Part shown: piece by piece, positions 1-11,440 of the stretch
Position numbering within the stretch: position 1 is the stretch's first letter
Layout: every line of letters starts with the position of its first letter
From: Octopus sinensis
Taxonomy: Eukaryota
Assembly (NCBI RefSeq): GCF_006345805.1
Contig: NC_043012.1
Location: forward strand, 12,524,001-12,588,000
Direction of reading: 5' to 3'
DNA: 64,000 nt
Notes under the pieces: model-generated
What the model saw: only the letters and a program-made list of their open reading frames with translations
Databases searched by the model: none
Told to the model about the DNA's origin: nothing
Translations under genes and position numbers: made by a program

Positions 1-112
1 TGTGTGTGTGCGTGTGTGTATGTATACTTATATGTATATATAGATATAAAATAATATAAATAATATATACGCATATATACATACGAGTATTTACATACAT
101 CTATACGTATAT

Positions 113-197
<85 letters not shown>

Positions 198-198
<1 letters not shown>

Positions 199-840
199 TA
201 TGTAGGCAAAGGATGTCACGAAACGTGTACAACAATAAACTATGAAGTACGAGTACATGGAATATGAACAATTTGTTCGAACAACGAAAGACACAAATGG
301 AAACCAGACGAACAACATAAGGAACGAACTTTCCTCAGTTGTTGGCTGTCATTCTACTCTCGTATTTCGAGCATTTAACAACAATATACTCTTTCGATAA
401 AACAGTTGCTCTCGCAAAGCAAATTAAATAAGATTTGAGATTTTGCGGACGGGGAAAATTGGTAACATAAACAGAATAGTGAAGACTATCAGGGAGGATT
501 GCTAAGTCTAAACGAGGTTGTGGGGTGAACGTGTAAATAAAGATTGGACTGGAGACAGACAAGAAGATGTTTTACTTCTTCCAGCTACTACCGAGAGAAC
601 GAAACACTAGTTAGGAGAAGAAAGAAAGATGGCCGATGTTCATGGCGGAACCACGTGAGCAACGGGGGAGGAGTGAGGTAGAGGGAGTGACGGAGTAATA
701 AGATAGAATAGTGGGAAAAGAGGAGGTAAAAGAATAAGAGAGAGAAAGAGAGAAAAACGAATGAGAAAGAAGATCGTATACAGTGCACATCAGAATTATT
801 AGGATAAAATTTACATGGAAGAGTATGCGAGGCGTTCAAT
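198..840. mobile_element. Interspersed repeat between (TA)n tracts, possibly a Penelope-like terminal fragment; a short second copy lies at ~1010-1095
   Basis: GGATGTCACG-AAC...TACATGGAATATGAA...TTCGAACAA occurs at ~210-285 and again at ~1020-1092. Both copies start beside (TA)n. The family assignment is inference only. Confidence 0.35.
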
Positions 841-856
841 CATGATAATATAAATA

Positions 857-949
<93 letters not shown>

Positions 950-1118
950 ATATATACATCCGTATATGTACATATTATATCTATACGTATGCATATATAT
1001 ATATATACATATGGGCATAGGATGTCACGGAACTTGAACAACAAAAAATACGAATCAGTTGTACATGGAATATGAAGTATTTTTTCGAACAAATAGTATG
1101 TATATATATATATATATG

Positions 1119-1156
<38 letters not shown>

Positions 1157-1310
1157 TGTGTCTGTGTCTGTGTAAGTATGTATGTATATATGTATGTTTG
1201 TATGAATATATATGTATGTGAGTGAGAGAGAGAGAGAGTGCAATTCATTAAATACATATATCTTTGTATGTTTGATTGTTAATATGTATATATATACACG
1301 TATATATATG

Positions 1311-2440
1311 TTGGGTTGGCAACTAAATTCCCACCATTATTTTGAATTTTAATTTTTTAAAAGGTTTAATAAAAATAACTAATTAATCAATAATGTATTC
1401 ACCCTTGTTGTTTACAACTTCTTCCTAACGTTCAACAAGATTTTTAATACCTCGTTGGTAGAAATCATCCGATTTCCACTCGAAAAATTGATCCAACGAA
1501 GCTCTCAATTTTGCATCAGTATGGAATGAAATACCGCGCATAGCATTTGAAAGAGATCGAAAGAGGTGGAAATCCGTTGGTGCAAAATCAGGAGAGTACG
1601 GCAGGTGCGTCAGCACTTCCCAGCCATGCGTTTCAATGGCTTCCTTGGTATTATTGGCGATATGAGGGCGGGTGTTGTCATGCAGCAGAAGAACTCTATA
1701 CTTCCGATTAGGTCTTTTCTCTTGAATAGCCGCGTTGAGTAGATCCATCTGTTGAACATAGTTCTCTGTTGACTGTTTTGTTCCGTTCAAGCATTTGTAA
1801 TGGATAATCTCTTCCCTGTCCCAACATACGCGTAACATCGTTTTACGCGGATGAAGATCTTGATTCGTGCGCGGTGTTGCTTGTTTACCAGGGCTAAGCC
1901 ATTCCTTACGCTGGTTCATATTGATGTACAGGTACCATGTTTAGTCGCCAGTAACGATTCGTTAAAGAAATGGTTGCTTGTGTCCATGAGCTGAACGATA
2001 ACAAGCAAGCAAACCAGAGGTGATTGTGGCTCATTGATTTTTGTTGTTGTCACTTAAAGCATGCGGAACCCGTGCTCCATACTTCTGAACCTTTTCCATC
2101 GAGTGAAGATGCTTCTCTATAGCAGTGTGGGAGCATTCCATTTTCTCTGCCAGTTCTCTTGTCGTTTGACGAGAATTTTTGCGCAAAAGATGGTTTAATC
2201 GCTCTTCATCGAACTCAACTGAACGGCCAGAACAAGGTGCGTCTTTGAGGTGAAAATGTCCATTTTTGAACTTGGCATACCAATCACGAGCGGTTCTTTC
2301 ATTTATGGTACCCTCTCTATACTCAGTACAAATGTCGCGAACAGCTTTTGCGGCCTCCGAACCTTGATTAAAAGCAAAAAGGAGGTATCGAAAATGCTGG
2401 TTTTTTTCAATTTGACATTGCCAAACCAATATACCTAACA
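1311..2440 (-). mobile_element. Mariner (DD34D) transposon, decayed, 5' TIR missing
   Basis: ORF 2031-2441 has the HTH region (ERTARDWYAKFKNGHFHLKD..SGR, RVPHAL). ORF 1425-1919 has the catalytic motifs LLHDNTRPH and YSPDFAPTDFHLF. TIR-like TTGGGTTGGCAACTAA at 1311. Stops and frameshifts lie between the two ORFs. Confidence 0.92.
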
Positions 2441-2471
2441 TACAATATGATATTATAATAACATATGAATA

Positions 2472-2854
2472 TCTCTCTCTATATAAACGGCAGTTTGTCT
2501 GTGCGTGTTTCTGTGTGTCTGTTTTCTCGTACCCTCACCCTGACCACGGCTTTCAAACGATTCTGATGAAACTTGACACACACATAGCCCAATGTCATAA
2601 TTCAAAACTAACGCAGCAAAAATTTTGAAAAGTTCCCCCAGTTCTGAAAAAAATCGATAAATTCGACATGGGGTCGAGAATCAGAAACACAAACCGCAAA
2701 CTGTCTAGGGGACGCAACTCCACCTTCTTTAACTAAAAAAAAATTTACCATCATTTTTTTCCATTTTTTTTGTTATTTTTTGGCTATAACTCTCTAAAAA
2801 TGCTTTATAGTTATTTCCCTTACAAACATGAGCAACGCCGGGCGATACTGCTAG
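2472..2854 (+). mobile_element. Non-autonomous Helitron (copy A)
   Basis: A|TC start, subterminal hairpin region (C-TGAGCAACGCCGGG, mutated relative to CCCGAGCAACGCCGGG), CTAG|T end, no TSD. Near-identical copy at 61771-62141. Confidence 0.8.
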
Positions 2855-3205
2855 TATATATATAAAAGTGAAGTTGTGTGTCTGTCTCCTACGATTCAGA
2901 TTCCTAACTACTCCCACATTTTGCGGTGCAGTGTAACCAAAACCAGGTATCTTATAGTCGTGATTCATATCGAGCCCTTCCGGGTATTAGCGCGCGTCTA
3001 CGATGAGTCTACGATTAAAAAGAAAAATTACCATCATGTTTTTCCATTTTAATGCATTTTTTTCGCTATTATATAAGGGAAGTAACTCTCTAAAAATGTC
3101 TACGATGAGTCAACGATTTAAAAAAAACGATAATTTTTTTTTTTTTTCCAATTTTAATGCATTTTTTAGCTATTTTTTGGCTATAACACTCTGAAAATGC
3201 TTACA

Positions 3206-3607
3206 TTCTTCTTCTTCTTGTTTCAGTCATTTGACTGCGGCCATGCTGGAGCACCGCCTTTAGTCGAGCAAATCGACCCCAGGACTTATTCTTTGTAAGC
3301 CCAGTACTTATTCTATCGGTCTTTATTGCCGAACCGCTAAGTAACGGGGACGTAACCACTCCAGCATCGGTTGTCAAGCAATGCCAGGGGGACAAACACA
3401 GACACACAAACACACACATATACATATATACACATACATATATACGACAGGCTTCTTTCAATTTCCGTCTACCAAATCCACTCACAAGTCATTGGTCGGC
3501 CCGGGGCTATAGTAGAAGACACTTGCCCAAGATGTCACGCAGTGGGACTGAACCCGGAACCATGTGGTTGGTTAGCAAGCTACTTACCACACAGCCACTC
3601 CTGCGCC
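3206..3607 (-). mobile_element. tRNA-head SINE, family b (~400 bp, CORE-like centre)
   Basis: Minus strand GGCGCAGGAGTGGCTGTGTGG (A box) ... GGTTCAGTCCC (B box) ... TTGGGCAAGT ... CATGGCCGCAGTCAAATGACTGAAAC tail. Several other copies in the window. Confidence 0.85.
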
Positions 3608-3767
3608 ATTATATATATATATTCTCTCCCAATTTCGCAGTGTGTGTATGTGCATAAATAAATGTATTTACGGTAATGTATCCCATTGCTTAGGTTATAA
3701 TATTTCAATATATGTTTTGATGAACGTCAGATCTGATAACAAGATTGCTTTACACCATTCAAGGCCT

Positions 3768-6700
3768 CAGAGATCAAAGAGGGGTGCCGACAGAGATCAA
3801 AGAGGGGTGCCGACAGAGATCAAAGAGGGGTACCGACAGAGATCAAAGACGGGTGCCGACAGAGATCAAAGAAGGTGTCGACAGAGATCGAAGGGGGTGC
3901 CGACAGAGATCAAATAGGGTGCCGACAGAGATCAAAGGGGTGCCGACAGAGATCAAAGAGGGGTGCCGACAGAGATCAAAGGAGGTCCCGACAGAAATCA
4001 AAGAGCGGTGCCGACAGAGATCAAAGGGGGTGCCGACAGAGATCAAAGAGGGGTGCCGACAGAGGTAAAAAAGGGTGCCGACAGAGACCAAAGAGGGGTG
4101 CTGACAGGGATCAAAGGGGGTGCCGACAGAGATCAAAGAGGGGTGTCGACAGAGACCAAAGAGGGTGCCGACAGAGACCAAAGGGGGTGCCGACGGAGAT
4201 CAAAGAGGGGTGCCGACAGCAATCAAAGAGGGGGCCGACATAGATCAAAGAGGGGTGCCGACAGAGATCAAAGGGGGTGCCGACAGAGATCAAAGAGGGG
4301 TGCCGACAGAGATCAAAGAGGGGTGCCGACAGAGATCAAAAAGGGTGCCGACAGAGATCAAAGGGGAGCCGACAGAGATCAAAGATGGGTGCCGACAGAG
4401 ATCAAAGAGGGATGCCGACAGAGATCAAAGAGGGTACCGACAGAGATCAAAGAGGGGTGCCGACAGAGATCAAAAAGGGTGCCGACAGAGATCAATGGGG
4501 GTGCCGACAGAGATCAAAGAGGGGTGCTGACAAAGATCAAAGAAGGCGCCGACAGAGATAAAAGAGGGGTGTCGACAGAGATCAAAGAGGGATGCCGACA
4601 GAGATCAAAGAGGGGTGCCGACAGAGATCAAAGCAGGCGCGAGAAAACCAAAGAGAGTGCCGACATAGATCAAAGAGGGGTGCCGACAGAGATCAAAAAG
4701 GGTGCCGACAGAGATCAAAGGGGTGCCGACAGAGATCAAAGAGGGATGGCCGACAGAGATCAAAGAGGGGTGCCGACAGAGAAAAGAAGGGGAGTGTCGA
4801 CAGAGATAAAAGAGGGTGCCGACAGAGATCAAAGAGGGTACCGACAGAGATCAATGGGGGTGCCGACAGAAATCAAAGAGAGGTGCCGACAGAGATCAAA
4901 GAGGGGTGCCGACAGAGATCAAAGGGGGTTCCGACAGAGACCAAAGAGAGTGTCGACAGAGATCAAAGAGGGGTGCCGACAGAGATCAAAAAGGGTGCCG
5001 ACAGAGATCAAAGGGGGTGCCGATAGAGATCAAAGAGGGGTGCTGACAAAGATCAAAGAATGCGCCGACAGAGATCAAAGAGGGGTGTCGACAGAGATCA
5101 AAGAGGGTACCGACAGAGATCAAAGAGGGGTGCCGACAGAGATCAAAGAGGGTACCGACAGAGATCAAAGAGGAGTGTCGACAGAGATAAAAGAGGGTGC
5201 CGACAGAGATCAAAGAGGGTACCGACAGAGATCAATGGGGGTGCCGACAGAAATCAAAGAGAGGTGCCGACAGAGATCAAAGAGGGGTGCCGACAGAGAT
5301 CAAAGGGGGTTCCGACAGAGACCAAAGAGAGTGTCGACAGAGATCAAAGAGGGGTGCCGACAGAGATCAAAAAGGGTGCCGACAGAGATCAAAGGGGGTG
5401 CCGATAGAGATCAAAGAGGGGTGCTGACAAAGATCAAAGAATGCGCCGACAGAGACCAAAGAGGGGTGTCGACAGAGATCAAAGAGGGTACCGACAGAGA
5501 TCAAAGAGGGGTGCCGACAGAGATCAAAGGGGAGGCCGAGGGAGACCAAAGAGAGTGCCGACAGAGATCAAAGAGGGTGCTGACAGAGATCAAAGAGGGG
5601 TGCCGACAGAGATCAAAGGGGGTGCCGACAGAGACCAAAGAGAATGCCGACAGAGATCAAAGAGGGGTGCCGACAGAGATCAAAAAGGGTGCCGACAGAG
5701 ATCAAAGGGGGAGCCGACAGAGATCAAAGATGGGTGCCGACAGAGATCAAAAAGGGTGCCGACAGAGATCAAAGGGGGTGCCGACAGAGATCAAAGAGGG
5801 ATGCCGACAGAGATCAAAGAGGGTACCGACAGAGATCAAAGAGGAGTGTCGACAGAGATAAAAGAGGGTGCCGACAGAGATCAAAGAGGGTACCGACAGA
5901 GATCAATGGGGGTGCCGACAGAAATCAAAGAGAGGTGCCGACAGAGATCAAAGAGGGGTGCCGACAGAGATCAAAGGGGGTTCGACAGAGACCAAGAGAG
6001 TGTCGACAGAGATCAAGAGGGGTGCCGACAGAGATCAAAAAGGGTGCCGACAGAGATCAAAGGGGGTGCCGACAGAGATCAAAGAGGGGTGCTGACAAAG
6101 ATCAAAGAATGCGCCGACAGAGATCAAAGAGGGGTGTCGACAGAGATCAAAGAGGGTACCGACAGAGATCAAAGAGGGGTGCCGACAGAGATCAAAGAGG
6201 GTACCGACAGAGATCAAAGAGGAGTGTCGACAGAGATAAAAGAGGGTGCCGACAGAGATCAAAGAGGGTACCGACAGAGATCAATGGGGGTGCCGACAGA
6301 AATCAAAGAGAGGTGCCGACAGAGATCAAAGAGGGGTGCCGACAGAGATCAAAGGGGGTTCCGACAGAGACCAAAGAGAGTGTCGACAGAGATCAAAGAG
6401 GGGTGCCGACAGAGATCAAAAAGGGTGCCGACAGAGATCAAAGGGGGTGCCGATAGAGATCAAAGAGGGGTGCTGACAAAGATCAAAGAATGCGCCGACA
6501 GAGATCAAAGAGGGGTGTCGACAGAGATCAAAGAGGGTACCGACAGAGATCAAAGAGGGGTGCCGACAGAGATCAAAGGGGAGGCCGAGGGAGACCAAAG
6601 AGAGTGCCGACAGAGATCAAAGAGGGTGCTGACAGAGATCAAAGAGGGGTGCCGACAGAGATCAAAGGGGGTGCCGACAGAGACCAAAGAGAATGCCGAC

Positions 6701-7601
6701 AGAGATCAAAGAGGGGTGCCGACAGAGATCAAAAAGGGTGCCGACAGAGATCAAAGGGGGAGCCGACAGAGATCAAAGATGGGTGCCGACAGAGATCAAA
6801 GAGGGTGCCGACAGAGATCAAAGAGGGTACCGACAGAGATCAAAGAGGGGTATCGACAGAGATAAAAGAGGGTGCCGACAGAGATCAAAGAGGGTACCGA
6901 CAGAGATCAATGGGGGTGCCGACAGAAATCAAAGAGAGGTGCCGACAGAGATCAAAGAGGGGTGCCGACAGAGATCAAAGGGGGTTCCGACAGAGACCAA
7001 AGAGAGTGTCGACAGAGATCAAAGAGGGGTGCCGACAGAGATCAAAAAGGGTGCCGACAGAAATCAAAGAGAGGTGCCGACAGAGATCAAAAGGGGTGCC
7101 GACAGAGATCAAAGGGGAGGCCGAGAGAGACCAAAGAGAGTGTCGACAGAGATCAAATAGGGGTGCCGACAGAGATCAAAAAGGCTGCCGACAGAGATCA
7201 AAGGGGGTGCCGACAGAGATCAAAGATGGGTGCTGACAAAGATCAAAGGGCGTGCCGACAGAGATCAAAGAGGGGTGCCGACAGAGATCAAAGAGGGGTG
7301 CCGACAGAGATCAAAAAGGGTCCCGACAGAGATCAAAGGGGGTGCTGACAGAGGTCAAAGAGGGGTGCTGACAAAGATCAAAGAAGGCGCCGACAGAGAT
7401 CAAAGAGGGGTGTCGACAGAGATCAAAGAGGGTGCCGACAGAGATCAAAGAGGGGTGCCGACAGAGATCAAAGGGGTGCCGACAGAAACCAAAGAGAGTG
7501 CCGACAGAGATCAAAGAGGGTACCGACAGAGATCAAAGAGGGGTATCGACAGAGATAAAAGAGGGTGCCGACAGGGATCAAAGAGGGTACCGAAAGAGAT
7601 C
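3768..7601 (+). repeat. Minisatellite/satellite array, 21-23-bp unit GCCGACAGAGATCAAAGAGGGGT, roughly 170 units
   Basis: Directly visible tandem array. Variant monomers recur with ~381-bp and ~1049-bp periods. Confidence 0.98.
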
Positions 7602-7851
7602 TTCCCTTACAAACCCGAGCAACGCCGGGCGATACTGCTAGTATTAAGATATAGTAAATACATTATAATATAGGTGACTATAACAATTAAAACCAAAAAG
7701 GTAAATTTAATTAATAAGGATACAAAATAGCACCTACATTTACTAGAATTAAGAGCTATAATTTAACAGAGATAAATGAACACTAAACTCAGGACTGTGA
7801 GCAGCAAGTCACGACATCTTTATACATACATACATATATACATACATGTAA

Positions 7852-7931
<80 letters not shown>

Positions 7932-8031
7932 TGTCATAACATTGATTTTCGTTGCACTTCAGTTAATGGAAGCTTATTAGTTGTTTTATATACTTATTGA
8001 AAATATTTTGCATACATTTACGTTTCAAAAG

Positions 8032-8407
8032 GAGCACTTTTGGCTACCATTATATCCCTTAATCTTTTCTCAACTGATCTGCATGACGTACTTATCACCT
8101 CTTCATTGAAAGATTATCGCGATATCATAAGTAGTTCTTTCGGGCCCGGTGCACTTGAGTATGAAATGCATGAAACATCGCTCTCCTGTCTGTGCCATCT
8201 TACAAATTTCAAAACATTGATATCAGGGCTTAGTGTAGATCATGTTGACTTGTCAAAAACTGTGTCAGAGATGCAAGAAGCACTTCAGACCTCATGGAGC
8301 AATTTGTACGAAGACCTGGTGATGGAGTCTGGCACATCAGTTGAGAAAATATTAAGAGCTTATGCCGAAACGCAGAAAGCAAAGTGTTCCTGCTTAAAAG
8401 TTTATCT
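8032..8407 (+). CDS. Probable coding exon of the RhoGEF gene (donor uncertain: 8399 or 8407)
   Basis: Non-repetitive open frame of ~125 codons (GALLATIISLNLFSTDLHDVLITSSLKDYRDII...QKAKCSCLK) after tttcaaaag. The donor GTTTAT after 8399 fits the phase of the next candidate exon; the stronger GTATGT after 8407 does not. No motif recognised. Confidence 0.5.
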
Positions 8408-8759
8408 GTATGTCAATATAAAAATGATCCTACAAAGTTTCATTAACTAAAACTAAAACATTTTATCTTAAGATAAAATGAATAACAGGTAAATATATAT
8501 GCCGCACCCGCGTGTATTTCTTCATTTTTAACGCAAACGCGTTCGACCGTCACCTCAAATTTTCGCAAGTTACGGCTCTGTCTGACTGTCTATAATCTAT
8601 TGTCTCAGAATATTCATTAAGCACAATGAATTTCTTTTATAGTGAAGCCTGATACATTTACAACTAACGAAAATTAGAAGTGACTTTCAATCATTTCCTT
8701 CTATATATAATAAATAATCTGTTGAAAATATTCATTGAACCCCCAATTATTGTTTAAAT

Positions 8760-9148
8760 TGTGGAGGCGCAATGGCCCAGTGGTTAGGGCAGCGGACTCG
8801 CGGTCATAGGATCGCGGTTTCGACTCCCAGACCGGGCGTTGTGAGTGTTTATTGAGCGAAAACACCTAAAAGCTCCACGAGGCTCCGGCAGGGGATGGTG
8901 GTGATCCCTGCTGTACTCTTTCACCACAACTTTCTCTCACTCTTACTTCCTGTTTCTGTTGTACCTGTATTTCAAAGGGCCGGCCTTGTCACTCTCTGTG
9001 TCACGCTGAATATCCCCGAGAACTACGTTAAGGGTACACGTGTCTGTGGAGTGCTCAGCCACTCACACGTTAATTTCACGAGCAGGCTGTTCCGTTGATT
9101 CGGATCAACCGGATTCTCATCGTCGTAACCGACGGAGTGCTTCCATCC
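8760..9148 (+). mobile_element. tRNA-head SINE, family c, with 11-bp TSD
   Basis: GGCGCAATGGCCCAGTGG (A box), GGTTTCGACTCC (B box). TSD ATTGTTTAAAT at 8749-8759 and 9149-9159. Confidence 0.85.
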
Positions 9149-9264
9149 ATTGTTTAAATGTTTCGTTTTATATATAATTATACACGAAACGAACACTGAT
9201 AAATTATTAGTCATTTTCTTCAGATTTTTGTCGCTGTTGTTGTTATGAATATTTTCCGATTGAT

Positions 9265-9570
9265 TTGCATTTTATTTCATCTTCCGACCGGGTCTCAACT
9301 AAAGACGTAAGGCACGAATATATTACATGGAGAGAATCTTTGAGAGAATGTGGGCGGTTGATGTCAACAAAATATTCTGAGTCTCATGGAATATTGGTTT
9401 CCTAAGAATCTGGTCGAAAAATGTGTCAGTACCTTCCTTGATCATTCCGTGGGCACCTACAACAACACGAATGGTTCTGGCTTTTAATTGGCATGTCTTA
9501 GACATCTCAATCTTGTGGTACTTATATTTCGACAGTTTTTCAAATTCTTTGCTGATATGTTTCTATCAGA
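9265..9570 (-). mobile_element. 3' fragment of an R4/Dong-like (restriction-like endonuclease) non-LTR retrotransposon
   Basis: Minus translation KEFEKLSKYK..IEMSKTCQLKARTIRVVVGAHGMIKEG..QNILLTSTAHILSKILSM* matches the RLE C-terminus pattern K..KY..L / IPVVVGALG. Confidence 0.75.
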
Positions 9571-9624
9571 AAGCATTGTCGTATGAATTCCACAACATAG
9601 CCGGTCTTGAGCCAAAATTTGAAA

Positions 9625-9710
9625 CTATTATTATGATTATTATTATTATTATTATTATTATTATAATAATTATTATCATTATCATCATCATCATTATTAT
9701 TATCATCATC

Positions 9711-9754
<44 letters not shown>

Positions 9755-9792
9755 TATTATTATTATTGTTATTATTATTATTGTTATCATTA

Positions 9793-9835
<43 letters not shown>

Positions 9836-9854
9836 GTTATTATTATTGTTGTTA

Positions 9855-9887
<33 letters not shown>
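9625..9887. repeat. (ATT)n/(ATC)n microsatellite
   Basis: Directly visible; it produces the poly-Ile/Leu pseudo-ORFs. Confidence 0.97.
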
Positions 9888-9891
9888 GCAG

Positions 9892-9966
9892 GGTGATACT
9901 TTACAACGTCTCACTTTGATTCTAATGGAGAAATGTGGCTTAAAACTAGATACTTTTAAACAAATG
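9892..9966 (+). CDS. Candidate 75-bp exon (phase 0-0), GDTLQRLTLILMEKCGLKLDTFKQM
   Basis: tagcag| acceptor, open frame, consensus donor ATG|GTAAGT. Confidence 0.6.
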
Positions 9967-10415
9967 GTAAGTAATATAATTTTTTCAGCTTAAACATCGT
10001 TCAAACACCTATTCCTAGAGTTTTTCAAATAACACAATTTCATGGTATGTTCTTGGTTTTGTATAACTCTATAAACTCTAATATATTATGTCAGAAATTA
10101 TTATGATCAACGATATTGTCCTTCACACGTAAATGCAAACAGTTAAAACTCGAGAGAAATATAGCAACACATTTTTGTTGGAACTTCCCAAAGGAAGCGT
10201 CTGTTTAATCGTGGAAGTATTTACGTATACTTAGAAAAGATGACCGTCGAAATATATATAACTGCACACAAGAAATTGAATATAGTTATAAGGTTAAAAA
10301 ACACTCCTATATACATTCATGCACACACACATATATAACTATATATATATATATACATATATGAAAAAAACAAGTCAAGATAGAAAATGCTAAAATAATT
10401 TTATAAAGAACATTT

Positions 10416-10453
10416 CAGTACCGGTTTCGGTCATTTTGAGACCTTTTCAACTG
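10416..10453 (-). ncRNA. Minimal type I hammerhead-ribozyme-like motif, U3-A8 core variant
   Basis: Minus strand CAG-UUGAAAA-GGUC(ucaaaau)GACC-GAAA-CCGG-UA-CUG: stem I CAG/CUG, 4-bp stem II, palindromic stem III ACCGGU, GUA cleavage triplet. Confidence 0.6.
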
Positions 10454-10604
10454 TAGCGATTAAATAATTAAATGTAGAAAAATTAAAAGAAAAGTTATTT
10501 TAAAGGAATATTTGTATAGTGTTCAAATATAAGTGGCATTCTGCCTTTCTCTGTCTCCCTTGTTTGCACTTGTGTGTTCGAGGTCGCATATATATATATA
10601 CATA

Positions 10605-11383
10605 GTTTGAATTTACAGAAAAGCGAAAGACTAAGACAGGTGTGTAAGCGACAAACAGATGTATTAGTTTAACGCTCGGGAAAGTGAGAAAGTCTTGTAC
10701 GTTTCGAGCCTACGCTTTTCAACGGAAATGAACATGAGGAAATAAACAGAGAAAGAAGAAAAAAAGGCTTTTGGGGCTAGCGGTCAATCATGGCGGCAGC
10801 TGGACAGATGCGTTTAGACAGGAAAGCTAGGGAGAAGGGAAGATAATAAAGTAATGCTGATCCGAAAACTAAGGAGTAGGTGCGTGTATATAGGTGAGTG
10901 TGTGTGCGCATGGGTGTGTTGTGATGGTGAGGTTGGGATGTGTAGGGGTGGGTGTAGATGGAGAGGGTAACTATGAAGGGAGAATGAAGGGAGGAAGTAG
11001 GTATCAGATCAAGAGAGGAGAGGAGAGTGGTAGGAGTGAGAGAAGAAGTAAGTGTGGGATGAAGACAGAAGAGAGTAGGGGAGTTGAACCCATGTGGCTC
11101 AAACGGGCGAAGATAGAAGATTAATACCTTTTTGCGGCGAAGGTGGGAGGAGTCCGGATGGCCCCTGTGCAAACACAATCCAAACACTGAGTGGTGTTGT
11201 AATGAATTACCGGTAGAACGGAAAGGTGCGAGACCGGGGTGTCGTTGTTGAGTCTAATGTCTCGGAGGTGCTCAGTGAACCTGTCAGTCAAGCGGAATCC
11301 TGTTTGACCAATGTACAGAGAAGGACAGAAAGAACAGGAAATGCATTAAATAACGTTGCTAGAAGTGCATGTAAAGGAGCCGG
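10605..11383 (-). mobile_element. Penelope-like element 3' fragment (GIY-YIG endonuclease plus terminal repeat)
   Basis: Minus translation near 11230-11380 GSFTCTSSNVI*CISCSFCPSLYIGQTGFRLTDRFTEHLRDI is the PLE GIY-YIG signature. The terminal 180 bp recur at ~18652, ~55478 and ~60335. Confidence 0.85.
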
Positions 11384-11384
11384 T

Positions 11385-11409
11385 GAAGAAGAAGAAGAAG
11401 AAGAAGAAG

Positions 11410-11438
<29 letters not shown>
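11385..11438. repeat. (GAA)n microsatellite
   Basis: Directly visible at the truncation point of the Penelope fragment. Confidence 0.97.

Positions 11439-11440
<2 letters not shown>

Larger units (their letters stand above)
2855..7641 (+). mobile_element. Non-autonomous Helitron (copy B), tandem to copy A, interrupted by a SINE and a 3.8-kb satellite
   Basis: Helitron-like head TATATATATAAAAGTGAAGTTGTGTGTCTGTC (5' TC not visible). Shares the AAAATT(T)ACCATCAT..TTTTTGGCTATAAC.CTCT.AAAATGCTT subterminal block with copy A. The terminus TTCCCTTACAAACCCGAGCAACGCCGGGCGATACTGCTAG|T lies at 7602-7641. Confidence 0.7.

Noticed and set aside
91-1257. YI/HT-rich ORFs here and throughout the window
   Set aside because: They are translations of (TA)n, (CA)n and (TATC)n microsatellites.
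2560-2610. CTGATGA in the Helitron as a ribozyme core
   Set aside because: No downstream stem II-GAAA-UH arrangement.
3768-7601. CRISPR-like array, or a repeat protein from the 632-aa and 474-aa ORFs
   Set aside because: There are no unique spacers and no cas genes, and the context is eukaryotic. The ORFs arise in all frames because the unit lacks stops, and unit lengths of 21-23 bp constantly shift frame.
8451-8494. Strong donor CAG|GTAAAT at 8488 as the end of the 8032 exon
   Set aside because: In-frame stops at 8448-8471 precede it.
8760-8840. tRNA gene (also at 41445 and 41707)
   Set aside because: The A/B boxes belong to SINE heads that continue into SINE bodies, with TSDs at 8760 and 41445; no complete cloverleaf.
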